This document shows, piece by piece, positions 39,276 through 52,299 of a stretch of DNA of 64,000 nucleotides. The stretch's first letter is position 1. Every line of letters starts with the position of its first letter. Position numbers and translations under genes: made by a program. The notes under the pieces were generated by a model that worked only from the letters and a program-made list of their open reading frames with translations, searched no databases and was not told the origin of the DNA. Source of the DNA: Octopus bimaculoides (Eukaryota); assembly GCF_001194135.2 (NCBI RefSeq), contig NC_068982.1:12689359-12753358 (forward strand), in the 5' to 3' direction.

Positions 39276-40029
39276 GCAAGATATATATATATCAGTACCG
39301 GATCTTCATTGCTGACTATATCTGTCTTTGTGCTTCTTCATTAAGTATATTGTCATTTAAAAATACTGCATTTATTCAATAAAAGCATACCTGGGTTTAC
39401 CTTCTCGTAACCGATGTGTACACATTGGTTACTGTTCACTCCACATTATTAAAGCAGGTCTCGATGTTTCAAATGTTGAATTACTGCAGTGTAATTAAGA
39501 AATCATACAAAATATTTTGCATTTCAAGACACAACGTACATAAAATTTATGACTCTCGGCCGTCTCCATCTCTTCCTTTCTGCTCCCAACTCTCTGTCTT
39601 GCTTTCTTTCTCTGACAATTTCCTCTCCTAAAAAATAATTTTTCTCAAATAATGACATCATTTCAAATCTCTGCTTAAGCTCTTTTACGAAGCATTATCG
39701 TAAATTCAAGAAGATGTGCCCTTATATTTTTCTAAGATGCCAAGTAATTATGGCTTTTGTGGATCAATTTTATATCATCTTTTATCTTTTACTTGCTTCA
39801 GTCATTAGACTGTGGCCATGCTGGTGCAACACTTTGAAGAATTTTAAGTCAAATGAATCAGCCTCTGTACTTGATTTTAAAGCCTGTTACTTATTTTATA
39901 AAGTCTCTTTTGTTGAACAAATAGATAATGGGGACATAAACACACCAACACAAGCTGTCAAGCAGTAGTGGAGGACAATCACACACACACACACGTGTGT
40001 GTATATATATATATATATATACCATGATT

Positions 40030-40165
40030 GATTGCTTGCCACTAAACCTTATTTTCTCTCCCTGTTTATTCTGTGTTCCTTTCTGTTGAAGAGCATAGGC
40101 TCGAAACGTAAAAGACTTTCTCACTTCCTGAGCATTAAACTATTATACAGAGCCTTGTTTTTATT
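40030..40165 (+). mobile_element. Penelope-type pLTR fragment with minimal hammerhead-like motif (second family), inside a split SINE A
   Basis: CTTT CTGTTGA A GAGC-ATAG-GCTC GAAA CGT A AAAG at 40079-40114. SINE A halves lie at about 39780-40020 and 40230-40358. Confidence 0.65.
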
Positions 40166-40188
40166 TTATCTCATTACGAAAAGTAAAT

Positions 40189-40222
<34 letters not shown>

Positions 40223-40986
40223 ATGATGATATACATATATGGCTTTGGTCAGCCCAAGGCTATCGTAAAAGACACATGCCCGAGGTGCCATGCTGTGGAC
40301 TGAACCCAGAGCTGTATAGGTGGGAAACAAACTTTTTACCACACAGCCACACTTGCTCCTTTCTTTAAAAATAATTTGCTATTAAATAACAGCATCCTTT
40401 CAAATTTCTGCTTAAACTTTTTTCACCAAGCATTATCACGAATTCATGACGATATGCTTTTATATTTCTCTAAAATACTTTGTAATTACAGCTTTTGTGG
40501 ATCAATTTTATATTAGTGAAAAGAAGGAAGATAAAAAAACATCCACAAGATCCATAATGTTGTGTCATTTCCATCACGCTGCAGCCTTGCAAACTCATAT
40601 TTTCATATCTTCATTTGTCATGAATTTATGGCATATTGCTTTCCAGAAGTATCACCAGTTAGATAATGGATCTTTTTTGCAGAGTCAAATTGTCATGATT
40701 TATAATTCATAAAGTCTGGGAACTGCTGGTTATTTGCTATAAGATTAGTTTGGTTATAACTGCAAAGCTTGAGATCCTTTATCAAATTTGCATATAGTGT
40801 GTTACCAAATTATTTGTATGAATAATCAACTTCTAAAAAGCTTGTGCTTTATTTTGTCATATGCTATCTAACTTAATCTGTTTGTGAGAAATGTGAAAAT
40901 TGTTTGCATATGTGTGTACATATATATGTATATATATATGTGTGTGTGTGTGTGTATATGCATGTATATGTGTACATATGTATCCC

Positions 40987-41019
<33 letters not shown>

Positions 41020-41077
41020 TATTTATACATTTATGTATGTTTATATATATATATACATACATAAATATTTATATGTA

Positions 41078-41108
<31 letters not shown>

Positions 41109-41399
41109 NNNNNNNNNNNNNNNNNNNNNNNNNNNNNNNNNNNNNNNNNNNNNNNNNNNNNNNNNNNNNNNNNNNNNNNNNNNNNNNNNNNNNNNNNNNN
41201 NNNNNNNNNNNNNNNNNNNNNNNNNNNNNNNNNNNNNNNNNNNNNNNNNNNNNNNNNNNNNNNNNNNNNNNNNNNNNNNNNNNNNNNNNNNNNNNNNNNN
41301 NNNNNNNNNNNNNNNNNNNNNNNNNNNNNNNNNNNNNNNNNNNNNNNNNNNNNNNNNNNNNNNNNNNNNNNNNNNNNNNNNNNNNNNNNTATATATATA

Positions 41400-42438
41400 C
41401 AGGGTGGATGGAAAGTAACTAGACATTAGAAATTGCTTATAGAATTTTTAGTATCACTTAAGTCAAGATGAAAACATTTATTAAACAGACAACTCTAATG
41501 GGGAATTTTTTTTTTTTTTTATTGTATTATTTCTTATTTTTTATTTTCCAGATGGCCAGTCACTTGACTCTTCAGGAGTAAGTTAAGGTAGCAGCACACT
41601 ATGAAATGTGGAATTCCATTGTTTTGGTTGAGAGATGGTGGCATGCATGGACAGATAAGCATGCAACACTACATCCGGAGACAATAAAAAGTTGTCATGC
41701 AAAACTGGTGACCACAGGCTCTGTGAACGATGCAAGAAGAAGTGGTCGTCTAACTGATCAGCATCCTGATCAGCAGAGAACATGACAAAATAGCTTCAGC
41801 ATCCTGATCAGCAGAGAACATGACAAAATAGCTTCAACATCCTGATCAGCTGAGAACATGACAAAATAGCTTCAACATCCTGATCAGCAGAGAACATGAC
41901 AACAGTGCAGGAAATACTTAATTGCAGCCTGCAAAAATCAACACATCAAGCAGCTTGTAGAAGTGGACGAACAAGACACACTATACATATGGTGTTGCAT
42001 AAAGAATTGAATCTTCCTCCGTGGAAACCCCATTACATGCAAGAGCTAAAACCTGAAAACTGTGACCATAAAAGTCCAGAAGTTCAGAAGCCCAGAACTC
42101 CAAGAAGTCCAAATCTCACTCCATGAGATTTTTACCTGTGAGGTTATACAAAAGAGGAGGTGTACAAGACAAAACCTCACACACTGATGGACTTGGAGAC
42201 ACGGACTCAGGAGTTTCTCAATGATATCCCAGACGATGTCCTTCAGAAGGTTGTTCATTCCATCCCTGGCCGTTTGAGGAAACTGGTTGACACCACCAGT
42301 GCTTACGTTGGAATATGAAGATTTATTTTCATTTTACCATGTAAGAAAGAACATGTATCATTTGCTTCAATAAATTTATAAAAAGAATATGGATTTTATT
42401 ACCAATTTTTGATGCCTGGTTACTTTTCACCCACTCTG
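41400..42438 (+). mobile_element. Internally deleted Tc1/mariner element (DD37D/DD41D-like), TA-flanked
   Basis: TIRs CAGGGTGGATGGAAAGTAACT and the reverse complement CAGAGTGGGTGAAAAGTAACC. Translation includes TGSVNDARRSGR, LHKELNLPPWK and PRSPNLTP*DFYL*GY.KEEVY. Confidence 0.85.
41762..41902 (+). repeat. 38-bp tandem repeat, about 3.7 copies, inside the transposase remnant
   Basis: CATCCTGATCAGCAGAGAACATGACAAAATAGCTTCA(G/A) starts at 41762, 41800, 41838 and 41876 (partial). Confidence 0.95.
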
Positions 42439-42440
42439 TA

Positions 42441-42549
<109 letters not shown>

Positions 42550-42754
42550 GTATAAAATTATAATTAAGGGTATCTAAGAGATACCACCATATAAGAGATA
42601 GCAGTCAAAACTTGATTCTAAAATGACTTAATTATAATTTCAATAATAATTAATACTTATAAGGTTTTTATTCTCATGCTGGCCACTTGATATGATCGGT
42701 ATTTTAAATAACGATTTTATCCTCATATATATATATACATATACATATACATAT

Positions 42755-42801
<47 letters not shown>

Positions 42802-42823
42802 AACATATATATATATACAAACA

Positions 42824-42866
<43 letters not shown>

Positions 42867-43068
42867 TTTAGATTGATGTAATGATTGCATTGTTCGATTG
42901 AATGGAGTTGCATGAAACGATCGTACTACATCACTTCTGGATATCCTTGTTGCTTATTTTGATTTTAATCACCTTACTTTGAAATTGCATGGATAATACC
43001 GCACTAAATTCTGGTGTCTCAAACTTAAGTACCATATCCACCTGAATCTATCTATCTATCTATCTATG

Positions 43069-43101
<33 letters not shown>

Positions 43102-43260
43102 NNNNNNNNNNAATCCAAAATTACAGGTAAAAACTCAATTAAAATCAATTTATAAAAAATTAAAATTGAGCTTTGGATTTTCATCGATGAGTTCTTGAAA
43201 CTTGGTTATTTTCCCTAAAACTATATATTATATATACATATATATATATATATAAACACC

Positions 43261-43395
43261 CTAACAGTTGAGGGAACCCGTGGAAGAGGTAGGCCCAGGA
43301 AGACCTGGGCTGAGGTGGTGAGGCAAGACCTTCGTACATTGGGCCTCACCGATGCAATGACTACTGACCGAGAACTTTGGAAATGTGCTGTGCGT
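43261..43395 (+). mobile_element. Well-preserved RTE-like ORF2 C-terminal fragment running into a gap
   Basis: LTVEGTRGRGRPRKTWAEVVRQDLRTLGLTDAMTTDRELWKCAVR, with no stops. Confidence 0.85.
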
Positions 43396-44166
43396 NNNNN
43401 NNNNNNNNNNNNNNNNNNNNNNNNNNNNNNNNNNNNNNNNNNNNNNNNNNNNNNNNNNNNNNNNNNNNNNNNNNNNNNNNNNNNNNNNNNNNNNNNNNNN
43501 NNNNNNNNNNNNNNNNNNNNNNNNNNNNNNNNNNNNNNNNNNNNNNNNNNNNNNNNNNNNNNNNNNNNNNNNNNNNNNNNNNNNNNNNNNNNNNNNNNNN
43601 NNNNNNNNNNNNNNNNNNNNNNNNNNNNNNNNNNNNNNNNNNNNNNNNNNNNNNNNNNNNNNNNNNNNNNNNNNNNNNNNNNNNNNNNNNNNNNNNNNNN
43701 NNNNNNNNNNNNNNNNNNNNNNNNNNNNNNNNNNNNNNNNNNNNNNNNNNNNNNNNNNNNNNNNNNNNNNNNNNNNNNNNNNNNNNNNNNNNNNNNNNNN
43801 NNNNNNNNNNNNNNNNNNNNNNNNNNNNNNNNNNNNNNNNNNNNNNNNNNNNNNNNNNNNNNNNNNNNNNNNNNNNNNNNNNNNNNNNNNNNNNNNNNNN
43901 NNNNNNNNNNNNNNNNNNNNNNNNNNNNNNNNNNNNNNNNNNNNNNNNNNNNNNNNNNNNNNNNNNNNNNNNNNNNNNNNNNNNNNNNNNNNNNNNNNNN
44001 NNNNNNNNNNNNNNNNNNNNNNNNNNNNNNNNNNNNNNNNNNNNNNNNNNNNNNNNNNNNNNNNNNNNNNNNNNNNNNNNNNNNNNNNNNNNNNNNNNNN
44101 NNNNNNNNNNNNNNNNNNNNNNNNNNNNNNNNNNNNNNNNNNNNNNNNNNNNNNNNNNNNNNNNNN

Positions 44167-44212
<46 letters not shown>

Positions 44213-45529
44213 TACATATACATATACGTGTGTGTGTGTGTGTGTGTGTGTGAATGTATGTATGTAAGCTTATATGAATGTCTGTATTTCTCTTATCATA
44301 ACTTCAGGTCAAGCCAAGCGTAGTGAATGGAGTCAGGTCTAAAGGCACTGAGTGGGAGCCGCTCATCAGTTGGGTTTTTACATGTAATTAATTAAGAAAA
44401 ATTTCAGCTCTGCTGCATATTGTGTCATGTTGATTTGTCTGAGAATTACATTGCAGATACTTCAGTTGATCAAACAACTTAATGTTCATCATAAGAAGAA
44501 AAAAAATCAATTGAACGATTCATCATCATCACTGTCATCATTCTATTTGTCACCCCCACCACCACCACCACTGTTGCTGCTACTGCTGCCATCATTACCA
44601 TCATCATCACTGTCGTTGTCATTGTCATCATCATCATCAACTTACATGAGTGCATATGTAATTTTTTTCTTTTAGCTTACTTTCCAAATATCTTACCGAT
44701 GCAAGAAGAGTCTGTTTATAACCCAGATAAAACAAAGCATTTTCACTAGAGTTTAGACTCTATCAACCAGGGGTTTGTATGATAGTGTATAGAGGAATAT
44801 ATTATTTAAAAGAGTTCCAACTCTGTCTGTTTTTTATGTTTGATTTATATTCTTATAAAATTAATGTGGGATATAGAATATGGAATATATAATATAAATA
44901 GCAAAACGAAATGAAGTATTGAATGTCTTATTGAATATATGAAATATTGAGTATTAAATATATATAGGGGCTAGCATACTTTCCTGCTTTATAGCAGTCA
45001 TCAAGGTCCTGTCTGATGGTTGATTTTGTATGCATGTATGTATGTATGTATGTATGTATGTATGTATGTATGTATGTATGTATGTGCATATGTGTATGTT
45101 TTATGTATGTATTCTCATGCATATAGTTACATATCNNNNNNNNNNNNNNNNNNNNNNNNNNNNNNNNNNNNNNNNNNNNNNNNNNNNNNNNNNNNNNNNN
45201 NNNNNNNNNNNNNNNNNNNNNNNNNNNNNNNNNNNNNNNNNNNNNNNNNNNNNNNNNNNNNNNNNNNNNNNNNNNNNNNNNNNNNNNNNNNNNNNNNNNN
45301 NNNNNNNNNNNNNNNNNNNNNNNNNNNNNNNNNNNNNNNNNNNNNNNNNNNNNNNNNNNNNNNNNNNNNNNNNNNNNNNNNNNNNNNNNNNNNNNNNNNN
45401 NNNNNNNNNNNNNNNNNNNNNNNNNNNNNNNNNNNNNNNNNNNNNNNNNNNNNNNNNNNNNNNNNNNNNNNNNNNNNNNNNNNNNNNNNNNNNNNNNNNN
45501 NNNNNNNNNNNNNNNNNNNNNNNNNNNNN

Positions 45530-45595
<66 letters not shown>

Positions 45596-46451
45596 GCACA
45601 TATATGTATACATGCATGTATTTTATTCTTTTATTCTTTTAATGGTTTCAGTCACTGGACTGCAGCCTAGCTGGGGCACCACTTTAGTTGTTTTTTGTTT
45701 TTAAATTTAATTGTTGCTTTATGATTGGAAGTTGGCCGACGATCGGGTTTGTAGTTGTATGTATATATGCATGCATGCATGTATGTATGTAAGTAGAAAC
45801 ATACATATAAAAGTATGGAAAGATGGATAAACAGATGGATGAATAGATGAATGTATGGATGAAAATATATATGTAAGCAGACACGAATATATGTTAGATG
45901 AATAAAATAATTAGCGTATTGTTGATTTTACAATCATGACAAAACTGTACGGTTTGATGGTTTTATCATTGTGTTATTATGTAGGATTTTAATGTATACT
46001 TTTTCTATAATAATTGTTCCATTTTAAAGGCATTGTTAAGTGTTGTCTAAACTTCTGTATGATTACATCAACATTAACAAGTTTGCAACTATTATTATCA
46101 TAATTGAAACTAACATTTGGGTATAGAAGTTTATATGAAATGTATTTAGTTAGTTGTTATCATGCCTAATTGCTGTTGGTGTCATTGATTTGTTTTTTCC
46201 TAATTAGTTAGTATAATAATTCTTAGATGTAAATGTTTCCTTCTTTGAATTAGTGTAAATAATATAGCAATATACTTTCAGGATGGTGTTGATAGCTTTT
46301 GTCCAGCCTATCAACATTATCGGAATATATTTATCATTTTATTTGTCAACGTCTAAGCTCTTTTAAACTAATGTAATATAAAAAAAGTATTGTTTATTGG
46401 AGTGTCATTTTCAACTTGATTACAAAGATATCAGGTGTGCTCCTCCTTCAA

Positions 46452-46487
<36 letters not shown>

Positions 46488-46985
46488 GGGATTTATTGAT
46501 GCCAAATTTTCTGTGTGTTGGATGCTCTTCCTGTCACCAAACTTCACAGTGAGCTGTGATGGTGATGCTCATTCAAAACTATTATGGCATGTGAAAACAA
46601 AGAGACAGAAACAAAACACACATGTACACACACATATATACATGTCTGTATGTGTGTGTGTGTGTGTGTGATGGGCTTCTTTGAATTTCTATCCACAAAA
46701 TCCGCTTGTAAGGCTTTGATCAGCCTGAAGCTATAGTAAAAGACAAAGACCCTTGCCCAAGTCGTCTTACAGTGGGACTGAACCCACAATCATGTGGTTG
46801 GCAACAAATTTCTTAAGCTCACAGCCTTCATGTTTCACATTTTAATAAACTACAAGTATTTAGAGGGAGAGCACCTCAAGGAACTGAGTCCTTTTGGAAG
46901 GGATTCATATGCTTTCTTGTGTATATGTAACCTATGCAGTAGTTATAACCATTAAATGGCAAATTTAACCATTTCTCTGTAGATT

Positions 46986-47296
46986 ATTTATTTGTTTGTT
47001 GTTATCACAATGTTTCGATTGATATAACCTCCAGCCTTCATCAGGTGTTCTGGTAGAATCTGAAACCCAATCCTTTATTTGATTAATGGGGTACACTGTT
47101 CTCATAGCTAAGGTATGTTGTTGATGTTATTTTTTAGTTGATATTAGGGTCGGGTTTGAAATTCTACCAGAACAGCTGATGAAGGCTGGAGACCACATCA
47201 GCCGGCACATTGTGATATCAGCAAACAAGATAGAGACTCCTGTCCATCCATTATAAATAATGTACATAATTTCTCATCTGAAAAATATAGAATAGT
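46986..47296. mobile_element. Older inverted-arm relative of SINE E (no tRNA heads), 15-bp TSD
   Basis: Both arms carry CTACCAGAACA(C/G)CTGATGAAGGCTGGAG. ATTTCTCTG(T/C)AGATT is present at 46971-46985 and 47297-47311. Confidence 0.75.
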
Positions 47297-48541
47297 ATTT
47301 CTCTGCAGATTGATAAAAATGATGAACCAGCTTAATTGATTCTCAAACGTTTTGGGGTCCTCATTACACATGGATTTTGTTTCCTTCCCACTATTGTTTA
47401 TCTTTTAGTCCCTTTAGCAATGTTAATATGAATTGGATGAAATTGAATTAAAACACGTTACCTCCAATCTTGATCTTGTGACATCCTATCCATGATGACT
47501 ATCATCACCTCAATAAGACTGAAACACATCTATAGCTTTCACAATTGACTTTAAAGATAAGATCCACTCCAACAATTTCAGATAGTTGATTTTATAGTTA
47601 TTCCCTTTGCTATCACTGTCGTCATCATCGTTGTCATTTAACGTCCATCTTCCATGCTAGCATGGGTGAGACTAGTTATTTTGTATTTGAAACACAGCTC
47701 TTTTGTCTACTGACTGTATGAAAAATAGCAGCAAGATTGAAGTTTTCCACTCACTGTTTTATCTATGTTCAATTCCTATCATTTTTGTATTTAGTATGCA
47801 GAACACTTCCCTGAGGAATTATCTTCAGTTATATTAAATACAGAAAAAGGTCAACAGCATAGCACAGATACTTTCTAACTAATACCAATTGGTGATTATC
47901 ATTTTCTGCATGGTTAAAAACAAAAATATTTACATTTTGGTCATGACATTTCTGAAGCTGCTTCGTACTTACAAAAGGAAATCATAAAAAAAATTTAACC
48001 TCAAATGATTTCTTATCTTGATATTGCAAGCGTTCTACTGAGGGAATAAAAAGACCTTTAAAGACTGTATATATTGCCTATATGTTTCAATTAATTTTTA
48101 AAATAACTAAGAATTTGGAGGAATTTAGTAAAATAACTTCTTTCATATTAAACTAGTATTTGGAATATAACTCGACAAAAGATTCTTAAACAAAATTATG
48201 ATGGCGCGTTTTAATTTAAACATGAACACTATTTTTGTTTGAAAGAATGAGAGTCAGTCTCAGGTGGGTGGTTTTAAAAGGGTTAACATGAGAATAAATA
48301 ATGATCTCTCTTTAAAGAAAATGGGTCTTATGTCAACTATATGAATTTTGCTTTGATTTTCACATGAAACTGTAGGATATACAATAATTATCATATAAAA
48401 CAATAATCTCATGATAATGGAATGACATTGAATGCCATTCCTTACAGAACTTGCTGATGCTAAATCAGATGTTAATATGATATGTTAAGATATATTGTTC
48501 AAGTAGGCTCAGGTGTACATGACAGTAGCTTCAGAGAACTA

Positions 48542-49829
48542 TCAGGTCATCCCATAAGTTCTGTCCGATTTTACCTTTTTTAAAATTGAATGAAATTTAA
48601 TAGTGTTTTAGAATGTCTAATGGAATTAAAAATTATTTTTATGCATTTGTGTACATTTAAACTAATTAAATATTATTTTACAGAATAATAGAATTAAAAT
48701 TTCTTTGATTAAAACCCTTTCTAACATGGAAGTATCCAGAGAGCATTTGAGGCACATAATGCTTTATGAGTACAAAAAAGGAAACTCTGGAGCCGAAGCG
48801 ACTCGAAACATACACTCAGTTGATGGGAAAGAATGCTTGAATGAAAGAACTTGCAGAAGATGGTTTGCAAAATTCAGAAGTGGAGATTTCAGCCTTGAAG
48901 ATCAAGATCGAACAGGACGTCCAGTTGAGTTTGATGATAAACTCCTTGAAGCATTATTTGAAGAAAATCCTGCATTATCAGTTGAAGAATTGGCAATAAA
49001 GCTTAGTTCAAACCATACAACTGTTCATCGTCATCTTCAACAACTTGGAAAGGTTCCTAAACTTGGAAAATAGGTGCCTCATGAATTGCCTGAAACCAAC
49101 CACAAATCTCGAGTTGACATCTGCTCTTCTCTCCATTCTTGTGAACTCATTTCACCCTTTTTGGATAGACTTGCGACTGGTGAGGGAAAATGGATCTTCT
49201 ATCGAAATGTTAAATGTCATAAACAGTGGCTTGGCAAAAGGGAAAAAGCTCAACCACAACCAAGATGGGAACTTCATGGGAAAAAGGTTCTTCTCTCTAT
49301 CTGGCGGGATTGCAAAGGAATAATTCACTTTGAATTGTTACCACCTAATGCAACAAACAATGCTCAAGTCTACTCTCAGCAATTAGAGTGTTTGAACCAA
49401 GCTTTGAAGACAAAAAGGCCAACTTTAGTGAATCGAAAAGGAGTGATGCTTCATCAGGACTATGCGCGACCCCACACTGCAAAGATCACATCACAGAAGA
49501 TCGAAGAGCTTGGTTGGGAAAAAATTCCTCATCCACCTTATTCTCCCCACCTTGCTCCTTCAGACTACCATTTGTTTTGTAGTTTGCAGAATCATTTGGG
49601 GGACATAACTTTCGCAAGCCAGGAGGAGGTCGAAACTGACATTTCAGAGTTCTTCGCTTTGAAACCAAAAGAGTTTTTCATTGATGGGATTAAAAAGCTT
49701 GTAAATAGATGGAAGGAAGTCATAGATAATCAGGGAAAGTACATTGATGATTAAATTTCAATTAAACACAACATTTGATCACTTGTTTTCTTTATTCAAA
49801 ATTCAGACAGAACTTATGATATGACCTGA
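48542..49829 (+). mobile_element. Near-full-length mariner transposon (DD34D), TA TSD, about 31-bp TIRs
   Basis: TA|TCAGGTCATCCCATAAGTTCTGTCCGATTTT versus the reverse complement of the right end TCAGGTCATATCATAAGTTCTGTCTGAATTTT (27/31 identical), followed by TA; 1288 bp. Confidence 0.95.
48726..49754 (+). pseudogene. Mariner transposase pseudogene (342 codons, one in-frame TAG)
   Basis: One continuous frame with GK*VPHEL (W codon replaced by TAG at 49071-49073), TGEGKW in place of TGDEKW, HQDYARPH, YSPHLAPSDY, and 34 residues between the second and third D. Confidence 0.95.
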
Positions 49830-50460
49830 TATTTATTATTGACAAAGGAATGTAAACATAACGAGTTTTTACACATCATTTATTTCTACATCCTATAAAC
49901 TCTATCTCTTGGTTAGGCATTTCCTGCCACACATCATTAGCTCTGATGTACTATAAAATCCAGTTTTGTTCTTTGTCTCTCACATTCTTTCTCTTTAAAC
50001 CAAAGTAATACTTTCTTGCAGGTTCAGTAATCAGGTAGCAGTTACCTGGTTGGTTTGTTAATTAAGCATTAGAAATAACAGCCATATCCCCTTTAAGCTA
50101 CTCTATCTTAAAGTAAAGCAGGACACATCGGGCATTATATACTACCTGATATACAAAATAATGGAATGGAAACAGTCTTTGATTAGTCTTGTGTAAGAAG
50201 ACCTATAATCAAAGGCATTCCAACCATGACCATTGCATTTCATTGTTAGGAATAATGTACTGTGAAATAGTCTGTTCTGTATGTCATTTTTAAGATGGGT
50301 TGGATATGATTTGAGAGAGATTTGGTTGCTATTTAAGCAATATGAACAAGCATGTACCAATGTCACTATATTTAGTAACACAGAATGATTACTAAAGGCT
50401 GACTACAGTTTACTAGGATTCAAATGTAACAAAGAGATATTTGAAAAGTTAATAATTATA

Positions 50461-50884
50461 GGCGCAGGAGTGGCTGTGTCGTAAGTAGCTTGCTTACCAA
50501 CCACATGGTTCCGGGTTCAGTCCCATTGCGTGGCACCTTGGGCAAGTGTCTTCTACTATAGCCTCGGGGTGACCAAAGCCTTGTGAGTGGATTTGGTAGA
50601 CGGAAACTGAAAGAAGACCGTCGTATATATGTATATGTATATATATATATGTGTGTGTTTGTGTGTCTGTGTTTGTTCCCCCCCCCCACCAACATCGCTT
50701 GACAACCGATGCTGGTGTGTTTACGTCACCGTAAACTAGCGGTTCGGCAAAAGAGTCCAATAGAATAAGTACTAGGCTTACAAAGAATAAGTCCTGGGGT
50801 CGATTTGCTTGACTAAAGGCGGTGCTCCAGCATGGCCGTAGTCAAATGACTGAAACAAGTAAAAGAATAAAAGAATAAAAGAGT
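50461..50884 (+). mobile_element. SINE family A, full length, CpG-rich (young)
   Basis: Complete head, core, internal microsatellite and (TAAAAGAG/A) tail. Confidence 0.9.
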
Positions 50885-50900
50885 AATTGTTTTCCTTGAG

Positions 50901-50936
<36 letters not shown>

Positions 50937-51380
50937 AAACAAACAATAGATACAGTGGCATATTTGATTACGCTATAATTTTTTTCTAAATATTGTAATA
51001 TCGAGCACTTTGTCAGTTATTTGAAATGAAAAAAATATTACTTTTGGTAATAGTTAAACTAAGAAGGCTGTCATAGTTTGGTATTATTGCAAAACTTAAA
51101 TGTATGCAATTTGACTTTGAACATTTTGAGCACAGTAGTAAACTTATAAAAGCAAAAGGAATTGAAGTTTTCCTCATAAAGATATTCAATTTTGCCTTCC
51201 TTGCTATGATATATTAATTTAGCATTTCAACAGATCCTCTTAATATAGCTAAAGCTTCCAACAGTTTCATATTCTCTGTTGTTGTCAACTGAGATTCAAT
51301 CATCTCCTAAAAGTTTCATTAATTTCCTTAGCTACCCCCTTTCTTCTTGCACAAGAATATATGTGTATATTATATATATA

Positions 51381-51427
<47 letters not shown>

Positions 51428-51499
51428 GATGATAATACATTTATATACCTTAAAGTTTATGAGTTGACCAAGTAAATGCTAGTTCTTGTCCCAGTTTCG

Positions 51500-51836
51500 T
51501 GATTGAACCAAATTCGATGACTGGCACCTGTGCCAGTGGAGCGCTAAGAGCACTGTCTGACCGTGATCATTGCCAGTTCCACTGGACTAGCTCCTGTGCA
51601 GGTGGCATGTAAAAAAATACCATTTTGAGTGTGGATGTTGCCAGTACCACCTGACTGGCCCTTGTGCCAGTGGCATGTAAAAACACCCACTACACTCTCG
51701 GAGTGGTTGGTGTTAGGAAGGGCATCCAGCTGTAGAAACTGTGCCAGATCAGATTGGAGTCTGGTGCAGCTATCTGGTTCACCAGTCCTCAGTCAAATCG
51801 TCCAACCCATGCCAGCATGGAAAGCGGACGTTAAAC

Positions 51837-51870
<34 letters not shown>
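51500..51870 (+). mobile_element. RTE-type 3' UTR with (GAT)n tail
   Basis: TGGCATGTAAAA..ACC units, GGAAGGGCATCCAGCTGTAGAAAC, CCAACCCATGCCAGCATGGAAAGCGGACGTTAAACGATG. Confidence 0.85.
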
Positions 51871-51871
<1 letters not shown>

Positions 51872-51889
51872 GAATATATATATATATAT

Positions 51890-51998
51890 GGGAGAATATA
51901 CAAAAAATAACAACAGACGAGGACAGGTGGTGTAAATAACAAAAGTATATATTAGTATGACGCTCGGGAATACGGAAAGTCTTTGACGTTTCGAGCTA
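51890..51998 (-). mobile_element. Truncated copy of the second Penelope-type pLTR family (3' half of the hammerhead only)
   Basis: The minus strand reads GCTCGAAACGTCAAAGACTTTCC..TTCCCGAGCGTCATACTAATAT, matching 40099-40145. Confidence 0.65.
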
Positions 51999-52157
51999 CA
52001 TATATATATATATATGTGTGTGTGTATTTGATTTTTTAACTATTAGTTGCTCAAATAGCAGCTCCTATGTTTTGTCCCATTTTATTTCTCTTTCTCCCCC
52101 CATGTATGTGTGTGTGTGCGTGTGTGTATGTGCGTGTGTGTGTGTGCATGTGTGTGT

Positions 52158-52193
<36 letters not shown>

Positions 52194-52299
52194 CCAAATG
52201 TTTCTTAGCCTACCTAATAATAGCTTTTCTTTCCTTGTCCTTTTAGAATCTCTATAAGCATTAAACATTTTTCATCTTGTTCGACATGAAATTATAACC

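Noticed and set aside
41762-41902. 38-bp direct repeats as a possible CRISPR array
   Set aside because: The units are contiguous with no unique spacers, there are no cas genes, and the context is eukaryotic.
48705-49754. Domesticated SETMAR/Metnase-like gene or active transposase
   Set aside because: TIRs and TA TSDs are present, there is no SET exon, and the in-frame stop plus a mutated catalytic Asp indicate a dead TE copy.
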